Below are positions 1 to 8,971 of a DNA stretch of 36,860 bases, piece by piece. The stretch spans positions 20,638 to 57,497 of the forward strand of contig PNBD01000042.1 in NCBI GenBank assembly GCA_003135855.1, given 5' to 3'. The position numbers and the translations under genes were made by a program. This DNA comes from Deltaproteobacteria bacterium (GTDB lineage: Bacteria; Desulfobacterota; Binatia; Binatales; Binataceae). Under the pieces are notes generated by a model. It worked only from the letters and a program-made list of their open reading frames with translations, did not search any database and had not been told where the DNA came from. How positions within the stretch are numbered: the stretch's first letter is position 1; each line of letters starts with the position of its first letter.

Positions 1-2
1 CC

Positions 3-1463
3 AGCGCGCTCGAGAGCATGGACGTTCTCTCGGGCGCGCTCGACAATTTTCACACGCGGCTGCGCGGCGGATACACCGGCGACGGCGTTTCGGTTCCGTC
101 CAAGAACAGCCCAGCGCCTTCACCGTTCGTCCCGATTCGCGCGGGCTTCATGAGCATCATCCGCCTGCGGCTGGTGGACTGCTTCGGGCAGGTCGTGGAT
201 CTCGCGAGATCTGGCGAAAACGCCGATGCGGACCCGAAGCAGATCCTAAAAGCGTCGTCGATGCGAGTTGACACGCGCCCCGACCTCGAAGCGCTGCCAG
301 TGCGGTTCACTTCACCAGCGCGGTTGTGGTTCCGCTTCATAGCGGGCGACGGCAGCAGTACCGAGGCAGGCCAGGGAGTGAGCCCGGTATCCGGGTACCT
401 GCTGCCAAATCACCTTGACGGCGATTTGGAGATATTCGACGCCGACGGATCGAACCTGGGCTTCGTGCGTCCCGATCCGGCAGCCGGGATAGTGTGGGAG
501 GATGCTCCCGGCCGTCCATCCACGGTCGGTCAGACGCCGGCCCGTGCGATCCCGAATCAGTTCGTCGCGGGCATCGCCCAAGGGCTGCTCGATTGGGGAA
601 CCGCGGACGCTGAATTGAACGGCGGGCGCGAGGACGCGCTCAGTGCCCTGCTGCGGATTATCGATTCCACCCTGTGGTCTGTCGATCCGTTCGGGCATAC
701 CGGCGATGAGCACCTCGCGCTCCTCATCGGGCATCCGGTCGCGGTGCTGCGCGCGCGAGTGCGGCTTGAGGTTCAGGAGCCGATCGACCCAACAGACGTA
801 AACACAACTGCGGTGCCATTGCGGCTCGGTGCATTGACTCATTGGCAGGACGGGCTGCTGGGCTATTTCGTCAATGACGATTACCGCACGCTGTACTGCG
901 CCGATGCGGCGGTGGCGGGGTTCGCGCGCGAAGTGGGTCCGAATCGCGGCTTTCTCCAGCAGGCCAACCTGGTACCGGACTACTACCAGACCTTCGCCGA
1001 CGACCTGGGCGGCAACGCGCCGAAGGGCAAGAATCCCGTGGCGCACCCATATGTCGACACCTCAGGGGTATTGTGGATCGTTCCGGGACAGGAATATCTG
1101 CTGACGCTGATGGTTGAGCCGCACGCCGTGGTGCATGCGACGATGGGGCTGTTGCCGCGCAAGGAGATCGGGATGCGCCGCGAATGGATCGTCGATGCGC
1201 TGAAGCGGATTTCGCCGACTTTCCGTTTCGGCCCCGTTCTGATCGATCCGAAACACATCCGCATGCCCGTCGCGAATGAATTGCAGGGCTCATGGAGCTG
1301 GGACCATCGCACCGATCTAACGAAGTGGGCCGAGGATCCGATCGTGAACGCGACCGGCGATGCTTCGCTGTCGCCGGACCCGGCCGCGGGAATGGAAGGA
1401 TGGTTGAGGATCGTGCCGCCCAAGGATTCTGGCGGCAGCGGCTCGCCCGGCACTGGTGGATGA
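3..1463 (+). CDS. C-terminal part of a large uncharacterised protein (5' end outside the window); resembles large proteins encoded next to DUF6603 genes
   Basis: The frame is open from base 3 to TGA at 1461-1463. Blocks that look conserved: SPVSGYLLPNHLDGDLEIFD, LIGHPVAVLRARVRLE, PLRLGALTHWQDGLLGYFVNDDY, terminal EGWLRI. The family link is recalled, not searched. Confidence 0.75.
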   Translation, partial: SALESMDVLSGALDNFHTRLRGGYTGDGVSVPSKNSPAPSPFVPIRAGFMSIIRLRLVDCFGQVVDLARSGENADADPKQILKASSMRVDTRPDLEALPVRFTSPARLWFRFIAGDGSSTEAGQGVSPVSGYLLPNHLDGDLEIFDADGSNLGFVRPDPAAGIVWEDAPGRPSTVGQTPARAIPNQFVAGIAQGLLDWGTADAELNGGREDALSALLRIIDSTLWSVDPFGHTGDEHLALLIGHPVAVLRARVRLEVQEPIDPTDVNTTAVPLRLGALTHWQDGLLGYFVNDDYRTLYCADAAVAGFAREVGPNRGFLQQANLVPDYYQTFADDLGGNAPKGKNPVAHPYVDTSGVLWIVPGQEYLLTLMVEPHAVVHATMGLLPRKEIGMRREWIVDALKRISPTFRFGPVLIDPKHIRMPVANELQGSWSWDHRTDLTKWAEDPIVNATGDASLSPDPAAGMEGWLRIVPPKDSGGSGSPGTGG

Positions 1464-1485
1464 TCAACACGGAGCAACGTGTGCA

Positions 1486-4400
1486 ATGGCGGATGAACCA
1501 ATCAGGCTTGAGGATATCCCTACTCACGGATCGCCGGACTACCTGAAGCGGCATACCGATCGCGCCGGAGTGCCGCGTCCGGATCTGTGGCAGCAAGCGA
1601 TGGGCGATTTCGGGATGCTCGACATCGCCGCGGATGGAGTGTGGGAGCAAGCGGGGCCCGAGCCACTAACCATCGATAAAGAGCAGCTGTATCAGGGAGA
1701 CGGTTCCGTATCGGGCGAGGTTACCGACATCGTAATCGATCCTTCGGGGAACAGCGACGATCGGCTGTACCTCGCCACCAATGACGGTGGAATCTGGCGC
1801 ATAACTCAATCGCTCGCAGCGAAGGACGCCGCATCGGATGCGATGAGTTCGCTGTCGATGGGGGCGGTTGCGCTCGACCCGGGTAACCCGCAGATCGTTT
1901 ATGCCGGAACCGGCAACCTGTTCGACGGCGGCAGCCTTTTCACCAAGGGCATCGGGCTGTACAAGTCGGTCGACGGCGGCGCCAGCTGGACGATGCTCGA
2001 CGGCGGTCCGTATGCGACGGTGTTCGCCGCCCTTGGAATCATCGATATCGTGGCGCCCGCGCCCGGCACGTTGATGGTCGCGACCAACAAGGGGCTGTAT
2101 CGGTCGGAGGACGGCGGCGATAACTTCGGTAACAATCTCCCCTTCTGCAACAACGGAAATCCCGTGTTTGTCGGCGGCGGCAACGACAAACGGATCAGCG
2201 GACTATCGCTCGACCCGCTCCAGCCCACGACCGTATACGCCTGCGTCTCGGGAGTCGGGATCTTCATCTCGACCGATTCGGGCGCGAGCTTCAGTGGCCA
2301 AAATATTTTCGACACGCCGCGGGTGTTCGACGCCACCACGCATCCGTTCGATCCGACGCCTTTCACCGATCTAATCCTGTCCCAGTCCAGCCATCGCAAC
2401 GGCAGCCCTGATAACAGCACGATGTTCGTCAGCGTCCAGCACTCCCCGGGATACTCTTTTTGGGGCAGCTCGCAGTATCCGATCTATCGCGGCCTGTTCA
2501 AGTCGACTGACGCGGGGCAGACCTGGCATCTCAAGCCCGAGGGCGCCGCGCGCGCGAACCAGGACGGCGCCAAGCAAACCAATTACGACCTGACCTTGGG
2601 AGTTGATCCACAGGATCCGGATTGCGTCTATCTCGGTTTCCAGCAACTGTGGCGCTCGGACGACGGCGGTGACACTTTCAGCACCCTCACGAATGTCGCC
2701 AACAATACCGACGGCAGCACTACGCGTATCCCAGTGTCTTGCACTTATTCCCAGGTGCACTGGGATCACCATTCGATCGCATTCAGCCCGAGTAGTCACT
2801 GGGCCGCGATACCGCCCCTGACCCCGCCGCGAACGCGGATCTATGTCGGCACCGATGGCGGCATCGCGCACAGCGAGGACGGCGGCAATAAATGGAAACA
2901 GGACCTTAACCAAGGCATCTCGACCAACCTGTTCGTCGGCATCGATAGCGGACGTGGCGCCGGCAGCGGCTATATCTATGGCGGATGCCAGGATACTGGC
3001 ACGAGCCAGCATGGCGCGGGCAGTCCCGATCGGGAATGGCATGCAGGGATCGACGGCGATGGCGGTCCGATCGCGGTCGATCCCTCGCAGCCGCTCAATG
3101 CTTACGGCTCGGATGACGGTGGGCTGATCGTCACCAGTACCGGCGGTAACAACTGGCTCCAGAATCCGAATGTCGGGATTGGCCTCCCCATTCCGGGAGA
3201 TGATCGCGCGACCTGGCTCCGCCACATTGCGATCGATCCGAATCATCCCAACGTTATCTATGCGACGGTCGGGAGTGAGCTGTACCAAAGCTCGGATTCC
3301 GCGGTGCACTTCACCAAGCGCAAATCTTTTTCCGCGGAAATCACTGTGATCAGCGTTACGCGCCAATACTCGGAGCGGATCTGGATTGGATTGGCGGACG
3401 GAACCGTGCACATAAGTTCGGATGCCGGCATCTCATGGGACCACGGCTCTTTCAAGTCCGAGCCCGGCGGCACGGGCGCGATCGGAGCAATCGCGATCGA
3501 CTCCGCCGCGCTGGCTACGACCAGCCGGGTCGCGGTCGGATACACGGGGCATTCGGGAATAAATCCGACCTATCGCACGCAGCACGTTTATCTCACCTCC
3601 GATAGCGGGAATAGCTGGCGCGACATCAGTGGCACTGACGGCAGCGGTCCTACCGGCAATTTGCCCGACCTCTCGATCAATGCCGCCGTGTTCGACCCAA
3701 ACACACACACCAATGCCACGCCGTCGACGCTGATCGTCGCGTGCGACGCAGGCGTGATGCGCACCAAGGACGACGGCGCGACGTGGCAGGTGCTCGGCGC
3801 GGGGCTGCCGTCTGTCGAATGCACCTCGCTCAGCATCGATGACAGCGTGAACCCTGCGCTGATCCGCGTGGGCACATACGGCCGCAGTTGCTTTGAGCTG
3901 AAACATCCGGCGGGTCCGCGCATGGTGGTCTCCGCAAATCTCGGCTTCGGGCAGGTCGTAACCGGACAAACCGCGACGATTCAGTTCCAAGTGTTCAATG
4001 CGGGCTCGGCGGATTTGCAGATCGCTTCCGTCGATCACACGGGGGACGCCGCGTTCAGCGTCGCGTCACCACCTGCTTTTCCAGTCGTTGTTCACGCGGG
4101 CGCCAAGACTCCCTTCACCATCCAGTTCCAGCCAACCGGCGCGAGTACCCAATTCGCGATATTCCAGGTCGTCTCAGACGACGCCTCGCATTCCCCGTTC
4201 CCGCTGCTCGCCAGCGGTACCGGCGTCGCTTCGGGCTCGCAGCCACGGATTGCCGTCTACAAGAGAGCGCTTGGGTTCGGCAGCGTATCTAAGGGAAATA
4301 GCAGGGCGCTGACGGTCAGAGTCGCCAATACCGGCGGTTCCGATCTCGAAGTACAGAGCTTCACCCGCAACAGCGGCAGCGTCGAATTCACTCTCGATCC

Positions 4401-4686
4401 GGCTCCTCCGCTACCAGCCACCCTTCATCCCCGCGACGAACTCGACTTCACGGTGCACTACACGCCAAGCAGTCACGGAGACAGCGCGGCGACACTCGAA
4501 ATCGCGAGCAACGATCCGCGGCTCGACGCATCCACTCACAACGGCAACCGAATCCTCAACGCTACCGGCACCCCGGTTGGCTTCATCAATCCATGGCTGG
4601 TGGTCGGCTTGGTGGTGCTCGGGGTAGCGGTTACGGCTGCGGGCGTGTACGGCGCGATCAAGTTGGCGCAAGCACTCGAGCATTGA
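1486..4686 (+). CDS. VPS10/BNR (Asp-box) beta-propeller protein with two choice-of-anchor-D (ASH-like Ig) domains and a C-terminal transmembrane helix
   Basis: Repeated Asp-boxes (SVDGGASW, STDAGQTW, SEDGGNKW, SSDAGISW, TSDSGNSW, TKDDGATW) and a GGCQDTG motif. Two LGFG...N(A/T)G..DL Ig-like units. Hydrophobic tail PWLVVGLVVLGVAVTAAGVYGAI. GGAG at 1471-1474 favours the ATG at 1486. Confidence 0.85.
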   Translation: MADEPIRLEDIPTHGSPDYLKRHTDRAGVPRPDLWQQAMGDFGMLDIAADGVWEQAGPEPLTIDKEQLYQGDGSVSGEVTDIVIDPSGNSDDRLYLATNDGGIWRITQSLAAKDAASDAMSSLSMGAVALDPGNPQIVYAGTGNLFDGGSLFTKGIGLYKSVDGGASWTMLDGGPYATVFAALGIIDIVAPAPGTLMVATNKGLYRSEDGGDNFGNNLPFCNNGNPVFVGGGNDKRISGLSLDPLQPTTVYACVSGVGIFISTDSGASFSGQNIFDTPRVFDATTHPFDPTPFTDLILSQSSHRNGSPDNSTMFVSVQHSPGYSFWGSSQYPIYRGLFKSTDAGQTWHLKPEGAARANQDGAKQTNYDLTLGVDPQDPDCVYLGFQQLWRSDDGGDTFSTLTNVANNTDGSTTRIPVSCTYSQVHWDHHSIAFSPSSHWAAIPPLTPPRTRIYVGTDGGIAHSEDGGNKWKQDLNQGISTNLFVGIDSGRGAGSGYIYGGCQDTGTSQHGAGSPDREWHAGIDGDGGPIAVDPSQPLNAYGSDDGGLIVTSTGGNNWLQNPNVGIGLPIPGDDRATWLRHIAIDPNHPNVIYATVGSELYQSSDSAVHFTKRKSFSAEITVISVTRQYSERIWIGLADGTVHISSDAGISWDHGSFKSEPGGTGAIGAIAIDSAALATTSRVAVGYTGHSGINPTYRTQHVYLTSDSGNSWRDISGTDGSGPTGNLPDLSINAAVFDPNTHTNATPSTLIVACDAGVMRTKDDGATWQVLGAGLPSVECTSLSIDDSVNPALIRVGTYGRSCFELKHPAGPRMVVSANLGFGQVVTGQTATIQFQVFNAGSADLQIASVDHTGDAAFSVASPPAFPVVVHAGAKTPFTIQFQPTGASTQFAIFQVVSDDASHSPFPLLASGTGVASGSQPRIAVYKRALGFGSVSKGNSRALTVRVANTGGSDLEVQSFTRNSGSVEFTLDPAPPLPATLHPRDELDFTVHYTPSSHGDSAATLEIASNDPRLDASTHNGNRILNATGTPVGFINPWLVVGLVVLGVAVTAAGVYGAIKLAQALEH

Positions 4687-4687
4687 T

Positions 4688-5599
4688 AGTCGCTACTAGA
4701 AACTCCATCTGAACCGGAATTTGAGCGGCTGCGACAATTGCTATCGAATTGGTGCGCTCAAAATGAGACGGGCTGCGATCCGAACCATCAGCGGCTGAGC
4801 TTTGATCGAGATCGAAAAGCCCTCCGACGCATGGATCTTCAAACGACCGCGTACGGGCCGCCGCGCAAAGATTGGTGAGCAGGAATCCGGGACAAATCAG
4901 GCGGCCAGACGTTCGTAGCGATGATGCAAGCCACCGACTTTTGGTATCGCGACGACTCTTCCGACGCTGCGATGCTGAATCGGGCGGGAGTCGGGGCAAT
5001 CCTTATCGAGCGAAAGATGCGTGCGGGTGCGTTGGTAGTAGTCGACATACGAGGACAAGACGCGGCGAAGATGGCGTTCGTTGAAGATCACGATGTGATC
5101 TAAACACTCGCGACGTATCGAGCCGATCACGTGCTCGACATATGCGTTCTGCCAGGGTGAGCGTGGCGCCGTGATGACTTCCGTAATGCCCATCGCTTCG
5201 ACCCGGCTCCGAAACTCCGAGCCATACGACGCGTCGCGATCGCGCAGCAGATAGTGCGGAGCGGTGTCCCACGGGGAACGCTTCGGTTACCTGGCGCGAG
5301 AGCCAGGTTGCGGTCGGGTGCTCGGTGACATCTGTGCGTATGATCTTCCTGCGATCGTGGGTCAGAATGATCAAGCGGTCGAAAGTAAACAGACGCAGCC
5401 GACCCGGCCGCTGCCGGCGAAGAACGTGCAGCTGGTGACGGAGGGCGAGGTTCTCTAGTTCAACAGCTGCCCGACTTCGGAATCGGCATACGAGCCGAGA
5501 AACGATTGATCGCACGAGCTTAAGCATGCCGGCGATATTGCGTCGTTGAATACAAAAGCTCCAGACTTTTCGGCGCATCTGAAATTTTTAGTAGCCACA
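4688..5599 (-). mobile_element. Internally deleted IS3/IS481-like insertion sequence (rve integrase-core transposase) bounded by imperfect terminal inverted repeats
   Basis: Left end GTCGCTACTAGAAACTCCA (4689-4707) matches the reverse complement of the right end, GTGGCTACTAAAAATTTCA (5580-5598), at 15/19. A transposase remnant lies between them. Confidence 0.8.
4897..5527 (-). pseudogene. Integrase-core (rve) transposase pseudogene with an in-frame internal deletion and a +1 frameshift
   Basis: The N-terminus ELENLALRHQLHVLRR...FDRL joins directly to IILTHDRRKI...HPTA, so the HTH region and first catalytic Asp are missing. An extra C in the C-run at about 5273-5276 breaks EAFP|WDTAP. The C-terminus reads PRSPWQNAYVE..IGSIRRECLDH...GGLHHRYERLAA. 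Confidence 0.9.
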
Positions 5600-5767
5600 G
5601 GGGTCGATGCCTACCGAGCACGCGTACGATTACGCGCGATCTCATGGACTCTGCGGCAAGGATGTCGACTAGCTAGATAATTCGACGAGCAAGGTAGACA
5701 CTCTCTTCCAAAGTGATCGCGTTGCCTCCTTCCTTCGCGATCGCGTCTACAGTCGCCCTTAGGCCAA

Positions 5768-6928
5768 CTAGTTCGACGACATCGCCCAGTTGCGGGCGTC
5801 CTCTCCCGGTGAGTAACCGATGATGCTTTGAGAAGGATTGCGATTGACGAGCGGCCGCAAATATAGCGGATGCTTCATGCTGCGAACTTCGTGCTCGATG
5901 GTAAACAACACTTTGCCGTCGTCAGGATCGATAATATCCTGGAATCGATACTGATGCTGATCGCTCTCCTGGCTGATCAGGCCCTTCGCAGCCAGCCGGC
6001 GATGGGGACCTGAGAAATCATTAATGTAGATTTGAATATGATGCTGATCGTAGGGCTGAGTTAGCCGGTCAGTTTCCCGGAAAAAAAGATTTTGCCCAGT
6101 CCCGGCGGTGACGCAGGCAAAGCGGCCCTGCGCGTCCTCCAGCGGTGCTACTTGCGCGCCTAGAATCTGCGAGTAAAAACGCGCGATTCCGTCAGCTGTT
6201 CCAACCGGCACGTCAAACTCGACGTAGGGGATACCAACCGCCATGGGGCCGAAGCGCTGATTTGGAGCAAAGCAACGGATCCGGTTGCCCCACGGACAAA
6301 GCGCTTCTATGTATCCTTCACGTTCATGGCATTTGAATCGCGTGTCGGCGAGCGACTCACGTACGCGGCTCAGGCGCTGCGGCAGGGCGTCATAGTCCGA
6401 GACAACCACCCCGATATGACCGCGCAAGACCTGGGGTTTGCTGGTAGGTAGATGAAATTGCTGACGGCCCGCATTAACCCACATATTGGCCGGACCGGTC
6501 ATCATGTAGGGGTCACGCGTCAAACCCAGTCCGTTGATATAAAACAACGCCGCCTTCTCTTGATCGGGAACAGTGACGTTAACATGCTCGAGGGCAACGA
6601 TATTGCCGAGGTCTTCAGCTGCGCGATCATAGGTTTTGCCGGTCTCCATCAACCTGGCGATGGCGCCGGGCGCGTCAAGGCCGGCGTCCCCTAACAGCTT
6701 GCGAACTCGGGCGGGTCGCGGTGATGACGCAGCCTGTGAGCCGTCGCCATTGCCAGCTGCTCCGCACAGCGCGTCCATCTGCTGTGTAAGCGTCTCCTGC
6801 GAGATGAGTCCGTTGCGATAGGCCTTGAATATTTGTTGTACCTCGAAGTCTTTGCTAGCCATTACCTTGCTCGCCTCCGAAGCCGACAGTTTCTTGATCG
6901 ACCGGGATTTTCTTTTTAACTTCCCCAT
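5768..6928 (-). CDS. VOC/glyoxalase-superfamily protein with an approximately 95-aa N-terminal extension
   Basis: VOC motifs LEHVNVTVPDQ, MWVNAGRQQFHLP, GHIGVVV, HHIQIYI and FTIEHEVRS. AGGAG lies just upstream of the ATG at 6928. Confidence 0.8.
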   Translation of the reverse strand: MGKLKRKSRSIKKLSASEASKVMASKDFEVQQIFKAYRNGLISQETLTQQMDALCGAAGNGDGSQAASSPRPARVRKLLGDAGLDAPGAIARLMETGKTYDRAAEDLGNIVALEHVNVTVPDQEKAALFYINGLGLTRDPYMMTGPANMWVNAGRQQFHLPTSKPQVLRGHIGVVVSDYDALPQRLSRVRESLADTRFKCHEREGYIEALCPWGNRIRCFAPNQRFGPMAVGIPYVEFDVPVGTADGIARFYSQILGAQVAPLEDAQGRFACVTAGTGQNLFFRETDRLTQPYDQHHIQIYINDFSGPHRRLAAKGLISQESDQHQYRFQDIIDPDDGKVLFTIEHEVRSMKHPLYLRPLVNRNPSQSIIGYSPGEDARNWAMSSN

Positions 6929-7096
6929 TTCAACTCCTTGCATAGATTAAACGGCTATCCACTGCAAGGTTTTAAGCCGCACAGCATAGGCCTCCTGTGA
7001 CCAAACGTTAGTTGCACGCCTGCCGTCGTGCTCACCTCCCGTCGTGCTCAACCTGAAACGATCGCGGCGGTCGAGCACGGAACTTCCGATGCGGAG

Positions 7097-8236
7097 CTAG
7101 TCGAGAATCAGATCGCAGAAGTTGGTGCGGAAGAAACGATCGCGGGTTTGCTGCGAGTGATTGGCAAGGCTGGTTTCAAATCGCGCGATTGGATCGCGCC
7201 CGCCTTCGGCGTGCGGATAGTCCGTCGAGAACATGTAGAGCCGGTCACTTGAGAAGTTGATCAACTCGCCCACGTCTTCGAACGGATACGGCGTGAAGCG
7301 CAGTTGCGCTTCCATTTGCTCGGATGGCAGGCGGTGCATCGCGCGCAGATGAGGCTCGGACTTGGACCAGATTTTTACAATGTGATCGAGCCGGCGGCGC
7401 ATTGCCGGAACCCATCCCGCGCCCAGCTCGATGCATCCACAGCGCAGGTTCGGAAAGCGCTCGAGCACGCCGTCGAGAATCAGCACGGAGAGGAAGCGCT
7501 CGGCGCTGTGAAAGATCGAGGTCATGTCCTTCGAGCCGACCACCTCGGCGCCGCCGCGCGCACTGCTCCGCTCCCGATGGCCGTCGTTCATCCAATCGGG
7601 ATCGATTGACAGCTTGCTGCTGCCTACGTGAAGGACGAAAGCGCCGCGCGCTTCTTCCAAGCGCGCCCAAATCGGATCGTGATCGACATGACCCGGCGAG
7701 CGCCCCGGCGAATCCGAGGGCAGCATGAAGACGCGCAGGCCGTCACGCAGCGCGAGGTCGAGTTCGCGCGCGGTACGTGCGGGATCGTCGAGGACCAGCA
7801 GGCCTACGCCGACCAGCCGCGAGTCGCCGGCGACAAAATTCTTGATCGCGCGATTGAACGCGCGGACGCCGCCGTAGCGCAGATCCCGATCCGTCCACTG
7901 CGTTAGCGAAGCTGCAGCGAACGACGAGAACACGATCTGGCGCCGGATACCGAGCAGGTCGAGCACGATTCCGCGTTCAGCGCAGTTGAATGCGCCGAGC
8001 GCCGCGTACCATTTCGGTCCGGTGAGAATGCGACTGCCGAGCGCTTTAAGTTGCGCGACGCGCTCGACCGGATGCGCCGTGACTCCCGGGAGAGGCATAC
8101 CATCGACCGTTGCGTTGTCGCCGCCCGGCAAAATCGCAGGCAGACGATCGCGCACGTCAGGATCCGCGCAAGCGGTGAGAAAATCCGGCAGCTCCATGAT
8201 GTGGCTGTCAGCGTCGTTGAGGTAGTTCGATGTCAT
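7097..8236 (-). CDS. Amidohydrolase family (Amidohydro_2) protein
   Basis: N-terminal DADSHIME, LHVG, GVLERFPNLR..IELGAGW and FSTDYPHAEG motifs; full length at 379 aa. Confidence 0.9.
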   Translation of the reverse strand: MTSNYLNDADSHIMELPDFLTACADPDVRDRLPAILPGGDNATVDGMPLPGVTAHPVERVAQLKALGSRILTGPKWYAALGAFNCAERGIVLDLLGIRRQIVFSSFAAASLTQWTDRDLRYGGVRAFNRAIKNFVAGDSRLVGVGLLVLDDPARTARELDLALRDGLRVFMLPSDSPGRSPGHVDHDPIWARLEEARGAFVLHVGSSKLSIDPDWMNDGHRERSSARGGAEVVGSKDMTSIFHSAERFLSVLILDGVLERFPNLRCGCIELGAGWVPAMRRRLDHIVKIWSKSEPHLRAMHRLPSEQMEAQLRFTPYPFEDVGELINFSSDRLYMFSTDYPHAEGGRDPIARFETSLANHSQQTRDRFFRTNFCDLILD

Positions 8237-8694
8237 CGCTCGGGCACCAAGTCTAAGCGAATGCGACTATGGATTCTAACCGTTCCGATATTCAGCTCAG
8301 CGCCGGCTTTACGCAGCTGATCGTTCTTCTCGGCTGAATAACCCAGCAACTTCGACAATACGGCATCCGTGTCAGCGCCTCTGACGGGTCCTGGCGACGC
8401 AATCCTGCACGGCTTACCGCCAAGCGTCCACGGGATTCCTACATGCGTTCGCTGTCCGACCTCGGGATGCTCGAGCCGCACAAGGTATCCACGTTCGCGC
8501 AGATGCTCGTTGGTCGCGAGATCCTTGTTACTCATCGAAGGAAAGGCGGCAACACCTGCGTTCTGCAAAGCTTCGGTGACCTCCCATCGATCGCGAGTCC
8601 TGGACCATTCGCTGATAACACGATCGAGTTCATCTTCGTTTTGCTTGCGCGCCGGCAGCTTCGAGAATCGCGGATCCTGAGCCAACTCCGGCGT
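8233..8694 (-). pseudogene. C-terminal fragment of a CaiB/BaiF family III CoA-transferase
   Basis: PELAQDPRF...ARKQNEDELDRVISEW...LQNAGVAA...HLRERG...HPEVG...GADTDAVL..LLGYS; roughly the first 250 aa are missing. Confidence 0.85.
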
Positions 8695-8891
8695 TGATGG
8701 GTGTGAAGATTCAGAGCGCGTCCAAGGAACGGGTGGTTGCTGAGATGATGGTTCGCGATGATCTATGCTCGGTACCCGCGGTTCATCGCGGGAGGCGCAC
8801 GATGGTTTGGCAGACCCGCATCACGGCGGAAAACGGCAAGCTGCTGGCGCTCGTCACCCAGACTCAGATGGTGCTCGAACCGCGCCCCTGA
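8691..8891 (+). pseudogene. PaaI/hotdog thioesterase remnant with the 5' end lost and the central part deleted
   Basis: LMGVKIQSASKERVVAEMMVRDDLC is joined to HRGRRTMVWQTRITAENGKLLALVTQTQMVL; the HGG catalytic helix is absent. Confidence 0.8.
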
Positions 8892-8971
8892 ACGGCCGTC
8901 CGTTTGCGTCAGAACGGCTGGTCGGCGAGCTCGCGCATCTGCCGGGATTCCAGCGGGTGTTCGGCAAATCC

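Noticed and set aside
2371-3411. Long antisense and alternate-frame ORFs (e.g. 312..1046, 871..1650, 2371..3411, 17316..18134)
   Set aside because: They are shadows of well-supported genes in high-GC DNA and have no recognisable motifs.
5270-5280. Programmed ribosomal frameshift in the transposase
   Set aside because: The shift is in a C-run inside the catalytic domain, not at an IS3-type slippery A-run between orfA and orfB, and the gene is also deleted.
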